Below, piece after piece: positions 1 through 7,509 of a stretch of 64,000 nt of DNA. The first letter of the stretch is position 1. Every line of letters starts with the position of its first letter. The stretch is taken from IMG/VR virus record IMGVR_UViG_3300044627_004988; one strand, 5' to 3'. Below the pieces are notes generated by a model. That model was not told the DNA's origin and did not search any database. It worked only from the letters and a program-made list of their open reading frames with translations. The DNA comes from an uncultured virus (IMG/VR IMGVR_UViG_3300044627_004988). Its lineage: Duplodnaviria > Heunggongvirae > Uroviricota > Caudoviricetes. Position numbers and translations under genes: made by a program.

Positions 1-312
1 CAAGTCTATGTTCATTAATATGTCAAACATAGCCTGGGTGCCTACATGCCCACCTAAAGCTTCATATATTTCAGTCTCTGTTTGTAGCCAAGATCTAAAA
101 GCTATTGGATCTACTATATCTAGCTGAGTTGCTTTATGGAAAGCCAGGATTGCGTTATAGAATTCGAAGACACCATTTTCTCCATGGTTTATTCCTACTA
201 TCTCTGCCTTTAAGTTCTCATGAAAAAAGTTTATTGAACCAGGGTGTCTTAGGCATAGCGCAAATATCTGATATTCAATCGGATAATTGTTATTGTTTTC
301 TTCTGTTGCCAT
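1..312 (-). CDS. Replicative DNA helicase, DnaB-like N-terminal domain (partial, runs off the left edge)
   Basis: Not in the ORF track. Manual translation from ATG at 312 is open to base 1: MATEENNNNYPIEYQIFALCLRHPGSINFFHENLKAEIVG...EFYNAILAFHKATQLDIVDPIAFRSWLQTETEIYEALGG. The pattern resembles the DnaB N-terminal helical domain. Confidence 0.6.
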   Translation of the reverse strand, partial: MATEENNNNYPIEYQIFALCLRHPGSINFFHENLKAEIVGINHGENGVFEFYNAILAFHKATQLDIVDPIAFRSWLQTETEIYEALGGHVGTQAMFDILMNIDL

Positions 313-952
313 TTTTTTCCTTTAGCTCTTTATATCTTTTTCTTTGGATAGTATTATATCTTTTTTTTGCGTCTTGATAGAAGCTACTTTCAGATATCTT
401 ATTCTTGCTATATTTATTAACCTTTTCTTCTGACGGAACATAGTTTTTTATCGCTTCAAGTATTCTAGAGAATACCGCTTCTTCTGTGAGCTTGTCATTA
501 TACCTAAAAACTAAAAGAGCTATACCCTGTTCTTGACAAAGTCTTGCTTTTTTTTCGTCTCTCTGAACAGCTTCTTCAAAATCTTCTTTTGAATTAAAGA
601 ATCTTCCAGTATAATAAAAGTGCTGACGGCCATGATACTCTGCAGCTATCTTATACTTAGGGCAGTATATATCAAGCTTCAACCTATCGCCAATATGGTG
701 TTCGCTCACTATGGATTCATTAGGCAATAGCTTTTGCATTATATCAGTCAAGGCTGCCTGACCTCTAGACATTTTTTTGTGTCTAGTTTTTACCCAGTTA
801 AGCCCTAACTGATTGATCTTCTTATTTAAAGCGTTGATTGTCCAACCTAATTCCTTGGCTATTTCAGTCAAGGACATAGACGTTTCCATAAGCAAGTCTA
901 CCATGTATTCGGTATCATCGTTGTCTTTATGCGGACTTGAACCTCTTCGCAT
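290..952 (-). CDS. HTH + PD-(D/E)xK (DUF559/Vsr-like) endonuclease, possibly homing-type
   Basis: N-terminal HTH (SLTEIAKELGWTINAL), then LKLDIYCPKYKIAAEYHGRQH and RDEKKARLCQEQGIALLVF, typical of DUF559/Vsr-like nucleases. Confidence 0.7.
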   Translation of the reverse strand: MRRGSSPHKDNDDTEYMVDLLMETSMSLTEIAKELGWTINALNKKINQLGLNWVKTRHKKMSRGQAALTDIMQKLLPNESIVSEHHIGDRLKLDIYCPKYKIAAEYHGRQHFYYTGRFFNSKEDFEEAVQRDEKKARLCQEQGIALLVFRYNDKLTEEAVFSRILEAIKNYVPSEEKVNKYSKNKISESSFYQDAKKRYNTIQRKRYKELKEKNGNRRKQ

Positions 953-957
953 AAGGA

Positions 958-1581
958 CTACTTGCTAGCTATGGTAAATACTTTTCCAAAGTCTAATATA
1001 GACATGTTTGAATTTTCCCAAATTTTAGGAGCTAACGCGGACGCTAGAACTGGGCAGTCGAGAATGCAGTAGTCTATATTTTCATGAGCTATTATAGATT
1101 CATAAATTGAGTCTAGCTTATCATAAAAGTCATTGTATGGAACCTGCAAGTAATGCTTAGGTGATCCTATGACTTTTTGTATAGTCTTTTTCTCATGAAA
1201 AGAAACTACTAGTGTTGAACTATATTTAATGTAATGCTCAACAAATGAATCAAAAATATCTTTTTTAGAAACATAATAATATTCTAACATCCCTGCATCA
1301 TATATCTTTTCGTTATCAAGACTCTTGATCTCGCTCACGGAAAAACCAGACCCTTGGCCAATCATATGAGTAGGGATAGCTTTCATATAGTTGCTGTTCT
1401 TTACTTCTAAAGCATTGACTATCGACTTTACAAAAGGCTTAGGAGGTCTTTTTTCTGATGGTATCTTTCCGGTTGCAGCAAGCAGTGCTGATCTAGAAAA
1501 GTTAACAAAAGCAAAGCGCTCTTTTCTTGACATTTTATAAGTCAATTCTTTTATTGTTTCTTTGCTATTTATGATTGTCAT
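958..1581 (-). CDS. Divergent GT-D-fold (DUF1792-like) glycosyltransferase-like protein
   Basis: ERFAFVNFSRSALL resembles the GT-D 'FSxxRFGDGE' region, and the C-terminal CPVLASALAPKIW...SILDFGKVF resembles the 'DIG' end of the fold. Start reassigned to ATG 1581 (ATGA overlap with the upstream stop). Confidence 0.4.
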   Translation of the reverse strand: MTIINSKETIKELTYKMSRKERFAFVNFSRSALLAATGKIPSEKRPPKPFVKSIVNALEVKNSNYMKAIPTHMIGQGSGFSVSEIKSLDNEKIYDAGMLEYYYVSKKDIFDSFVEHYIKYSSTLVVSFHEKKTIQKVIGSPKHYLQVPYNDFYDKLDSIYESIIAHENIDYCILDCPVLASALAPKIWENSNMSILDFGKVFTIASK

Positions 1582-2288
1582 TTTAGGTTTACCTCTTTGT
1601 TTCCAAAAATACCCCAATTAATTAAAGTTGGGTTATTATCCAATATTGATTGTAAGTGTATTATGTTATGAAACTCACCCTTATCAAGGGTCATGTAACG
1701 CTCGTGCTTTGATACTCTATCTTCTAGTCTTGCATAACCTAAGTGCTGCATTACGAATGGGTTCTCGTACCAAAAATTACCACGTCTTACCCATTCATCT
1801 ACGTAGGTTGGTTCAGATCCGCAAGCTAATCTTTTATCTTTATAGACTCCATTAGTTGCATACCTAAAAATTCTAGTAGTGTTATGTGGGGCCCACATCT
1901 TGTCTACTCTGTAACAATTTTCATCCCACATTTCGCATCTTCTAACATTGACTACATCGAATGGAGACTTATCTAGTGTGTCTTTTATGGACTCATTATC
2001 CATTGTATACAGCATCTCGTCTGCATCTATTGCCACAACCCAGTCACCTGGCTTTGCGTGCTTACCAAGATTAGCCCAAGCTTCTGCTCTAAGAGCGCCC
2101 TCGTGCTTTATGAACATATTCTCAGAAGTAGAGTATACCTCTGCATACTTCTTGGCTATTTCTACAGTATTGTCAGTTGAGCAATCATCTGTAAATATTA
2201 TCTTATCTACCTGTGTAGATAATCTTTGTAGGAATTTTTCTAAATACCTATCTTCTTCGTTTCTGGCTACGACTAATCCGTAAATCAT
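1578..2288 (-). CDS. Family 2 glycosyltransferase
   Basis: ARNEEDRYL, DDCSTDNT, IDADE (DxD) and HLGY motifs. Start reassigned to ATG 2288, after AAGGA and downstream of the terminator hairpin. Confidence 0.85.
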   Translation of the reverse strand: MIYGLVVARNEEDRYLEKFLQRLSTQVDKIIFTDDCSTDNTVEIAKKYAEVYSTSENMFIKHEGALRAEAWANLGKHAKPGDWVVAIDADEMLYTMDNESIKDTLDKSPFDVVNVRRCEMWDENCYRVDKMWAPHNTTRIFRYATNGVYKDKRLACGSEPTYVDEWVRRGNFWYENPFVMQHLGYARLEDRVSKHERYMTLDKGEFHNIIHLQSILDNNPTLINWGIFGNKEVNLK

Positions 2289-2306
2289 CTTTTTCCTTAA
2301 AGATAA

Positions 2307-2337
2307 ACCAAGCGTGGGGACGAACCCCACGCTTGGT
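2307..2337 (-). terminator. Intrinsic terminator-like hairpin
   Basis: Perfect 13-bp stem ACCAAGCGTGGGG/CCCCACGCTTGGT with a 5-nt loop, followed by TTATCTTT on the minus strand, just after the 60-aa gene. Confidence 0.75.
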
Positions 2338-2355
2338 GATTGCTAATAATGATAA

Positions 2356-2538
2356 TTAAATAACGATGTGCTTACGAGCTTGGATTGCACTGATTCTTTC
2401 AACGTCTGTGGTCTTGAGAATTACTTCTCCTGCTACACCACGACGGCCCATTGCAAGCTTTTCTGCATCTGTTTTGCTATTAGCTTTTACTACAGTTACA
2501 GTTTCTACTGTAAAGTATTTGAACTTATTCTCTGACAT
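2356..2538 (-). CDS. Small 60-aa protein, DpnD/PcfM-like pattern; paralogous to the N-terminus of the 31214..32482 protein
   Basis: YFTVETVTVVKANSKTDAEKLA; AAGGA RBS upstream; visible alignment to MSVDNYYVVKTTSIVKASNMAKARLLA. Confidence 0.6.
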   Translation of the reverse strand: MSENKFKYFTVETVTVVKANSKTDAEKLAMGRRGVAGEVILKTTDVERISAIQARKHIVI

Positions 2539-2548
2539 TTTTTTTCCT

Positions 2549-2965
2549 TTATTGGTTTGTTGGATAATGTGTTGATATGTATTCTACAGCATCGGCAACG
2601 CTGTCAGCAAGTTTTGTCGACATATATTTCATATAGGGTCGATCACTATTTTGCTTTGAGCATATGACTATTACGGGTTGATCGTTTAGTTTTGCGTATG
2701 CCATTTCGAAGTCAGTGCCTATGTAGGCTCTATCTTCTAGCATGTATTCTACCAGCAAAATGTCTGATCGTTTCTGCATAAACAGATTTTTTTGCACTAT
2801 TTCTTCAGCTGACATAGTATCGTCTTCTGATATAGAAGTAGGGTCAAGAACCTTATAGTCTCTCTGCTTAAGAAGCTCGGTAGCTTCTTTTCTCCAGCCA
2901 AGAGCATAGTCGCCTACGTAATCCATTGCACCAGCTAAATAAACTGTAACACTCATACTGGCCAA
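2549..2965 (-). CDS. Nucleoside 2-deoxyribosyltransferase / nucleotide N-hydrolase family protein
   Basis: VYLAGAM, KVLDP and SDILLV...GTDFEMAYA (catalytic Glu) motifs. Confidence 0.75.
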   Translation of the reverse strand: MASMSVTVYLAGAMDYVGDYALGWRKEATELLKQRDYKVLDPTSISEDDTMSAEEIVQKNLFMQKRSDILLVEYMLEDRAYIGTDFEMAYAKLNDQPVIVICSKQNSDRPYMKYMSTKLADSVADAVEYISTHYPTNQ

Positions 2966-3357
2966 CTATATTCTAGGTCTGTGGGCTCATCAAAAAATTG
3001 GCTATAATATTCATAGTCTTTTCTTAATAAGTTAGACCTATGTGATCTGTGGAATTCTTCATCGCCAAACCAGCTCGGCATTTGTGGAGACGGAATTAAT
3101 ATTTCCTCAAACTGCATGTTGTTTTTATACCCTCTATTGATCCATTCTTGGATAGTATAATTCTGGTAAACCTGTAGAGCAGATTCGTAGCCTGACCACA
3201 TACGTGTTACTGGGTGATTTCTCCAACCTTTTGTTGGTGTACGATCAAGTAATATGTTTAAAACTTGAAAAGTTTCTACGCGCTGCTTGCCAAGTCTACG
3301 ATAATCTAATACCCGAACTGATTCTTGTAGATCTGCGTATGGTAAAAATGTTTGCAT
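2953..3357 (-). CDS. Pyrimidine-dimer DNA glycosylase-like protein (MSMEG_6728 family)
   Basis: MQTFLPY...LDYRRLGKQRVE..Q, GWRNHP, HRSHRSNLLRKD signature. Confidence 0.8.
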   Translation of the reverse strand: MQTFLPYADLQESVRVLDYRRLGKQRVETFQVLNILLDRTPTKGWRNHPVTRMWSGYESALQVYQNYTIQEWINRGYKNNMQFEEILIPSPQMPSWFGDEEFHRSHRSNLLRKDYEYYSQFFDEPTDLEYSWPV

Positions 3358-3758
3358 TATGCCTTCTTAAATTCATTAAAAGTTTTGTCGCCTACGCCAA
3401 AGTATTCTCTAGCTAGTCCAGCCTTAACAATTTCTGTGTTAAGACATTCGCCAGCTTCGTTCCATACTCTAGCAAGTATTCTACCATACTTTTCATTCTT
3501 ATCTAGAATTGTTTCTATCTTCACCTTACTACCAGCTTTTTTAATCCATTGATCAGTAAATTCTTTTGCAGCGAGTCCCATCTTCTTTTCTTCAAGGTTT
3601 GTAGTACGACTTTCGGGGGTGTTAACGCCATAAAGTCTTACGCTCTTTGGCCCAAGGTGTACTTCGAATCCAAGATCAATATTTATCTTGAACGTATCTC
3701 CATCTACTACTTTAATTACTTCTGCGTTGTATAAATAAACATTAAATTGATCTGACAT
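3357..3758 (-). CDS. Thermonuclease (SNase) family nuclease
   Basis: VVDGDT, VRLYGVNTPE, EKYGRILA and LNTEIVKAGLA motifs. Confidence 0.9.
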   Translation of the reverse strand: MSDQFNVYLYNAEVIKVVDGDTFKINIDLGFEVHLGPKSVRLYGVNTPESRTTNLEEKKMGLAAKEFTDQWIKKAGSKVKIETILDKNEKYGRILARVWNEAGECLNTEIVKAGLAREYFGVGDKTFNEFKKA

Positions 3759-3789
3759 TTTATCTTCTTTCTATTGTTGTGTAAAAATA

Positions 3790-4695
3790 TTATAGTATTT
3801 TTTTAAAATATTCATCATATAGTTCTTTTGTTTCAGCTCCCCAAAAACCAAAATTTAGACCTTGATAAAATCTTTTGCCATGCCAGCCTTTTCTGGTCTG
3901 ATCAAAATCATACCTTAAAAATTCATATTTAATATCATCTTTATATTTTTCTTCTGTGAAACCGCCATGTTCGCCTTTACCCAATGTGGATATAGGTGTT
4001 ATGTCTGAACTAAAAAACCTATAACCTCTAGTGGATGCTCTAAGAGCTGTTATTTCTTGCTCTGGATCCATTAATATAAATGGATTATAAGAAATATCAT
4101 ATAAAAATTTTGATTCGCCGAATAAGAAACCACCATAACAAAGGTAGTGCTCAAGAAATTTTCCAAGAATCTTTTCTTCCGACTCTCTAGAATGGTCTGG
4201 ATGAGTCTTAACATCTCCTTCCCTATAAAGAGGGTAAGCTTTAATTCCATAAAAGTTTTTTATGTAAGCTTGATCATTATCGAAATAATCTTTTTCACGA
4301 TGCCAAGCTAACGATTGCGATATCAAAGGTTTATCGCAATACTGCAATAACTCCTTTAGGTCGCCTAGCAATCGTGTGTCCCAGCCTTTTGCAAAAATTG
4401 TGTGTGCATCTAGCTGCAAAAAATATTCTTCATCTTCTAAAAGACTTGCTGCAGCTACCCTAGCCAGCCCAAGACCTAGTGGATTTTTATATGTTACATT
4501 AACGCATCTCACATTTTTGTAACCAGAAAAATCTTCAAATTCAAGGTTGTTTGTTTTCTGGTTAAAGATTCCAATATATACATTGTGTGGGTTATCCGCC
4601 TTTGCAAAAGCATCTTCTACAGTTATGTGCGTAAACTTTTCGTTAAAAGCTGGAATCGCTATAAATATATGGTCATTAAATATATGGTCATTCAT
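3790..4695 (-). CDS. GT60-like (Skp1/polypeptide GlcNAc-transferase-like) glycosyltransferase
   Basis: IFIAIPAF, GLGLAR...LLEDEEYFLQLDAHTIFAKGWD (DxH motif) and EQEITALRASTRGY. Confidence 0.7.
   Translation of the reverse strand: MNDHIFNDHIFIAIPAFNEKFTHITVEDAFAKADNPHNVYIGIFNQKTNNLEFEDFSGYKNVRCVNVTYKNPLGLGLARVAAASLLEDEEYFLQLDAHTIFAKGWDTRLLGDLKELLQYCDKPLISQSLAWHREKDYFDNDQAYIKNFYGIKAYPLYREGDVKTHPDHSRESEEKILGKFLEHYLCYGGFLFGESKFLYDISYNPFILMDPEQEITALRASTRGYRFFSSDITPISTLGKGEHGGFTEEKYKDDIKYEFLRYDFDQTRKGWHGKRFYQGLNFGFWGAETKELYDEYFKKIL
4663..4692. repeat. Exact 15-bp tandem duplication at the start of the GT60-like gene
   Basis: aaatatatggtcatt x2, encoding NDHIF-NDHIF. Confidence 0.9.
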
Positions 4696-4702
4696 GAGTT
4701 AG

Positions 4703-5506
4703 CTAGTCTCGTTCGATCCCCATATGATCGCAAGCTTTTCTAAAAATTTCTCTTGATATAGGGAAGTAATGATCTACGTGGCTGATCCCTTCTCCGGGCT
4801 TTGCCGACGAAGCGTGCCAGCTATGTCCAATTGATACGCTACCGTCATAGACTACGTTATAGCCTAAGTGGCGGGCAAAATAAGAACACCATGTTTCTTC
4901 GTAGTAATGTGGAGTAGGCAGGAACGCGCCTAGAGCCTCAGGATGGATCTCTTTATACTTAGGATGGTTTAACATAGCGTCCCATACTTCTCTTCTTATA
5001 AAGTAAGCTGATCCAGATATTGTGATACAGTTTACTCTGTCTCTAAACATTGTATCTTCGGGATCACTCAACATCCAACCTCTCATGATTGGTTGTGCGC
5101 CAGTGCCCGTCATGCCGGCATGCGTTACTCGACCGTGTTCGTCTCTTTGCTTAGGGCCCAATATGTGTATGTCGGGGTTGCTATCGAAGATTGCTTGTAT
5201 CTTATCTACATCATCGTTAGTCATCCATACATCAGAATTCAGCAAGCCTATTATATCTGAATTAGTTTTGCTGCCCATATAGTTACAAGCAGCAGCGTAC
5301 CCTATGTTCTTTCTCAAAAACAAATTTTCTATATGATAGTTATGACCAGTTTGTCTAATGAACTCTATAAATTCGTCAGTAGAATCATTGTCTGTTATAT
5401 GTAGCTTCCAGTTCCTATTTTTATCGCCTAGGTCAGAATGAAGGGTATCCAAAAATCGCTTCATTAGACCAGCAGTGTTATGGTTTACTACGCACAAGTC
5501 TATCAT
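4703..5506 (-). CDS. Family 2 glycosyltransferase (WbbL/rhamnosyltransferase-like)
   Basis: VVNHNT, DNDSTD, NIGYAAACN, LLNSD, SGSAYFIRR and YYEETW motifs. Confidence 0.85.
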   Translation of the reverse strand: MIDLCVVNHNTAGLMKRFLDTLHSDLGDKNRNWKLHITDNDSTDEFIEFIRQTGHNYHIENLFLRKNIGYAAACNYMGSKTNSDIIGLLNSDVWMTNDDVDKIQAIFDSNPDIHILGPKQRDEHGRVTHAGMTGTGAQPIMRGWMLSDPEDTMFRDRVNCITISGSAYFIRREVWDAMLNHPKYKEIHPEALGAFLPTPHYYEETWCSYFARHLGYNVVYDGSVSIGHSWHASSAKPGEGISHVDHYFPISREIFRKACDHMGIERD

Positions 5507-5760
5507 ACTGAACAGCCTAATATTCTGTAGGCATCTTTCCCATTCAAGCCCATTTTAATCATAGTGTCATATTTATCTTGAGCTTTTACTAATGAATCGT
5601 CAGTAAAAAATTCTTCTAGTCTATTTCTCAACTGTTTTTCTGTAGGCTCGATGAAGCTACCACGATTAGGTTTCTGGTTCTTGTTGTAATATAATTGCAA
5701 CATCACAAAAGTTACTCCGGCTACTGCAAGACCAAGCATCTTCTTACTCCCATTCATCAT
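5503..5760 (-). CDS. Small membrane-anchored hypothetical protein
   Basis: Hydrophobic stretch MLGLAVAGVTFVMLQLYY. Start uncertain (5757/5760/5784). Confidence 0.55.
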   Translation of the reverse strand: MMNGSKKMLGLAVAGVTFVMLQLYYNKNQKPNRGSFIEPTEKQLRNRLEEFFTDDSLVKAQDKYDTMIKMGLNGKDAYRILGCSV

Positions 5761-5986
5761 AGCCCACTTCTTCTTGCGGTACAAATTGGTTTTCGTTTAT
5801 AGCTGATCTTACACGTAATGCAAGATCGTTAATTTTGGCTTTCAATTGCTTGTCTTCTTCTTTTCTCAAAGCAGATTCTAACACCTCAGCTATAGACAAA
5901 AGCTCACTAGTTTGCATTATAACAAACGCTTCGTAAGGTTTGAGTTTGATATTAATTTTTTTCTTAGATACTTGTTTCTTTGTCAT
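5744..5986 (-). CDS. Hypothetical protein
   Basis: 80-aa ORF tiled with its neighbours in the operon. Confidence 0.55.
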   Translation of the reverse strand: MTKKQVSKKKINIKLKPYEAFVIMQTSELLSIAEVLESALRKEEDKQLKAKINDLALRVRSAINENQFVPQEEVGYDEWE

Positions 5987-6176
5987 CTTCTTCTTCTATC
6001 TGATAAACACAAAGGTCATTTGTGTCTGGTTCAAATGTAACGAATAATACTTTTTTACTCTTTGGGTCTATGCCCTGTGGTGCAGGTGTTTCCATTGCTA
6101 TCTTCTTAGAAGAACATCCATACACCTGGCTAACGCCTTCATACAAAACTATATAGTTTAATTTTGACGCTGCCAT
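5964..6176 (-). CDS. Hypothetical protein
   Basis: 70-aa ORF downstream of an extended -10 element. Confidence 0.55.
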   Translation of the reverse strand: MAASKLNYIVLYEGVSQVYGCSSKKIAMETPAPQGIDPKSKKVLFVTFEPDTNDLCVYQIEEEDDKETSI

Positions 6177-6214
6177 TTATTGTATCTCTATCTTTTTTGC
6201 TGCTACTAACATAG

Positions 6215-6382
6215 CTATATTATAGCAAGTGCCAAACCAGAAATTGCGCCTATAGCCAAAGATAATGAGATCATTTGGTATCTTGTTCTTTTATTCTTCT
6301 CTAGTTGCAAGACGTTGTTTAGCGAAACTAACCAGTTAATACAGACTGAGAATGTTACCAGCAATAAAATATCGATAAACAT
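6215..6382 (-). CDS. 55-aa membrane protein with two hydrophobic helices (below the ORF-track cutoff)
   Basis: MFIDILLLVTFSVCINWLVSLNNVLQLEKNKRTRYQMISLSLAIGAISGLALAII*. TAATG overlap with the thyX stop; fills the gap. Confidence 0.6.
   Translation of the reverse strand: MFIDILLLVTFSVCINWLVSLNNVLQLEKNKRTRYQMISLSLAIGAISGLALAII
6219..6227 (-). promoter_or_regulatory. Extended -10 promoter element TGCTATAAT
   Basis: Perfect TGnTATAAT about 40 nt upstream of the ATG at 6176. Confidence 0.6.
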
Positions 6383-7152
6383 TAGTTTCTACCCACTAAG
6401 CACGATATGGAAACAGGATACAGCGGTTGCACTAATTTATAGACTGCATCAGCGTACTGCTGTATTTCTTTTTGCGATTCTTCTGCCAGTCTTTGATTCA
6501 AGAACAAAGCTACTGACTGTAAGCTGGCTGACCATCTGTAAACTACGTTCATAGCATAGGCCGGCAAGAACAATCGGGCCTGCTCAGGGGCCACCCCATT
6601 TTCCATAGCCATATTATAAAGTGCTTCACCCTGCTCTATATATCGGTTGAGCTCGTTGGTCAATACAGAGCCGATCCAGGGGCCTACAGAGCCTCCAGAG
6701 CCCTGCTTCTTGTCCTCTGGGGCCATGCGCCAATCTTCTACTCCTGGGACATAGAAATCAGGGTCCATAGTTATGTATCTTCTAGACGACTCATTCCAGG
6801 AATCCATTGTATGGTCAGACCCGACTACGTATTTCCAGTGTTGTCTAGCAACCATAAGCGGAGCCTTAAATTCGAACGTGATAAAAGCGTGCCTAAACGG
6901 TGACATGTGATTTTCTCTAGCTAAAAAATTAATCAATCTAGCATCTGCGACTGTCAGTTCTTTGGTTGTATTCTCTTTAGCAAAAGAGGCTCTAGCTGCA
7001 TTAACTACAGAAACGTCAGTCCCCATATGATCAACTAATTTTACGTACCCATTATTCAATACAGGGATTAAATGATCGCTTTCTTTATCTATTCCAGAAG
7101 TAACTACCGGTGAGATCTCTGAAAAGTTTTCATCAGATTCTTCTATCTTCAT
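6382..7152 (-). CDS. thyX: FAD-dependent thymidylate synthase
   Basis: VVNAARASF, HMSPFRH, APLMVARQ...WNESSRRY, GVAPEQARLFLP and QKEI motifs. Likely start is ATG 7152 after GGAG. Confidence 0.92.
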   Translation of the reverse strand: MKIEESDENFSEISPVVTSGIDKESDHLIPVLNNGYVKLVDHMGTDVSVVNAARASFAKENTTKELTVADARLINFLARENHMSPFRHAFITFEFKAPLMVARQHWKYVVGSDHTMDSWNESSRRYITMDPDFYVPGVEDWRMAPEDKKQGSGGSVGPWIGSVLTNELNRYIEQGEALYNMAMENGVAPEQARLFLPAYAMNVVYRWSASLQSVALFLNQRLAEESQKEIQQYADAVYKLVQPLYPVSISCLVGRN

Positions 7153-7480
7153 CTTCTTCTCCATCTTCGCTATCGTCATAATACTCTACCATAGAATCCA
7201 CATAAAAGATAGCTATAGCTTCTCTAAGTTTTTCTGAACTAAAATAAAGATCTTCAATCATATCATACACAGATTTATCTAAAGAAAACAAAGGGTCATT
7301 AAGTAAATCATTCAACACCATATTAATATCAATATTAGAGTAGTTTAAAGATTCAATTATATTTAAATACTTTTGTATTTGATTAATCTTCTCTTCTTGT
7401 ATTATTTTATCTACATTATCTATGGCGATTTCTTCTGTTATTTCTGAAAATTTATTATTTAAATCATCTTTTTCAGACAT
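7133..7480 (-). CDS. Acidic hypothetical protein
   Basis: 115-aa ORF between nrdJ and thyX. Confidence 0.55.
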   Translation of the reverse strand: MSEKDDLNNKFSEITEEIAIDNVDKIIQEEKINQIQKYLNIIESLNYSNIDINMVLNDLLNDPLFSLDKSVYDMIEDLYFSSEKLREAIAIFYVDSMVEYYDDSEDGEEDEDRRI

Positions 7481-7509
7481 AATACCCCATTCTTAAGTTG
7501 ATGGATTAA

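Noticed and set aside
3310..3316. CGG as a wholly unassigned codon
   Set aside because: GTT CGG GTA is in frame within the intact, motif-conserved glycosylase gene.
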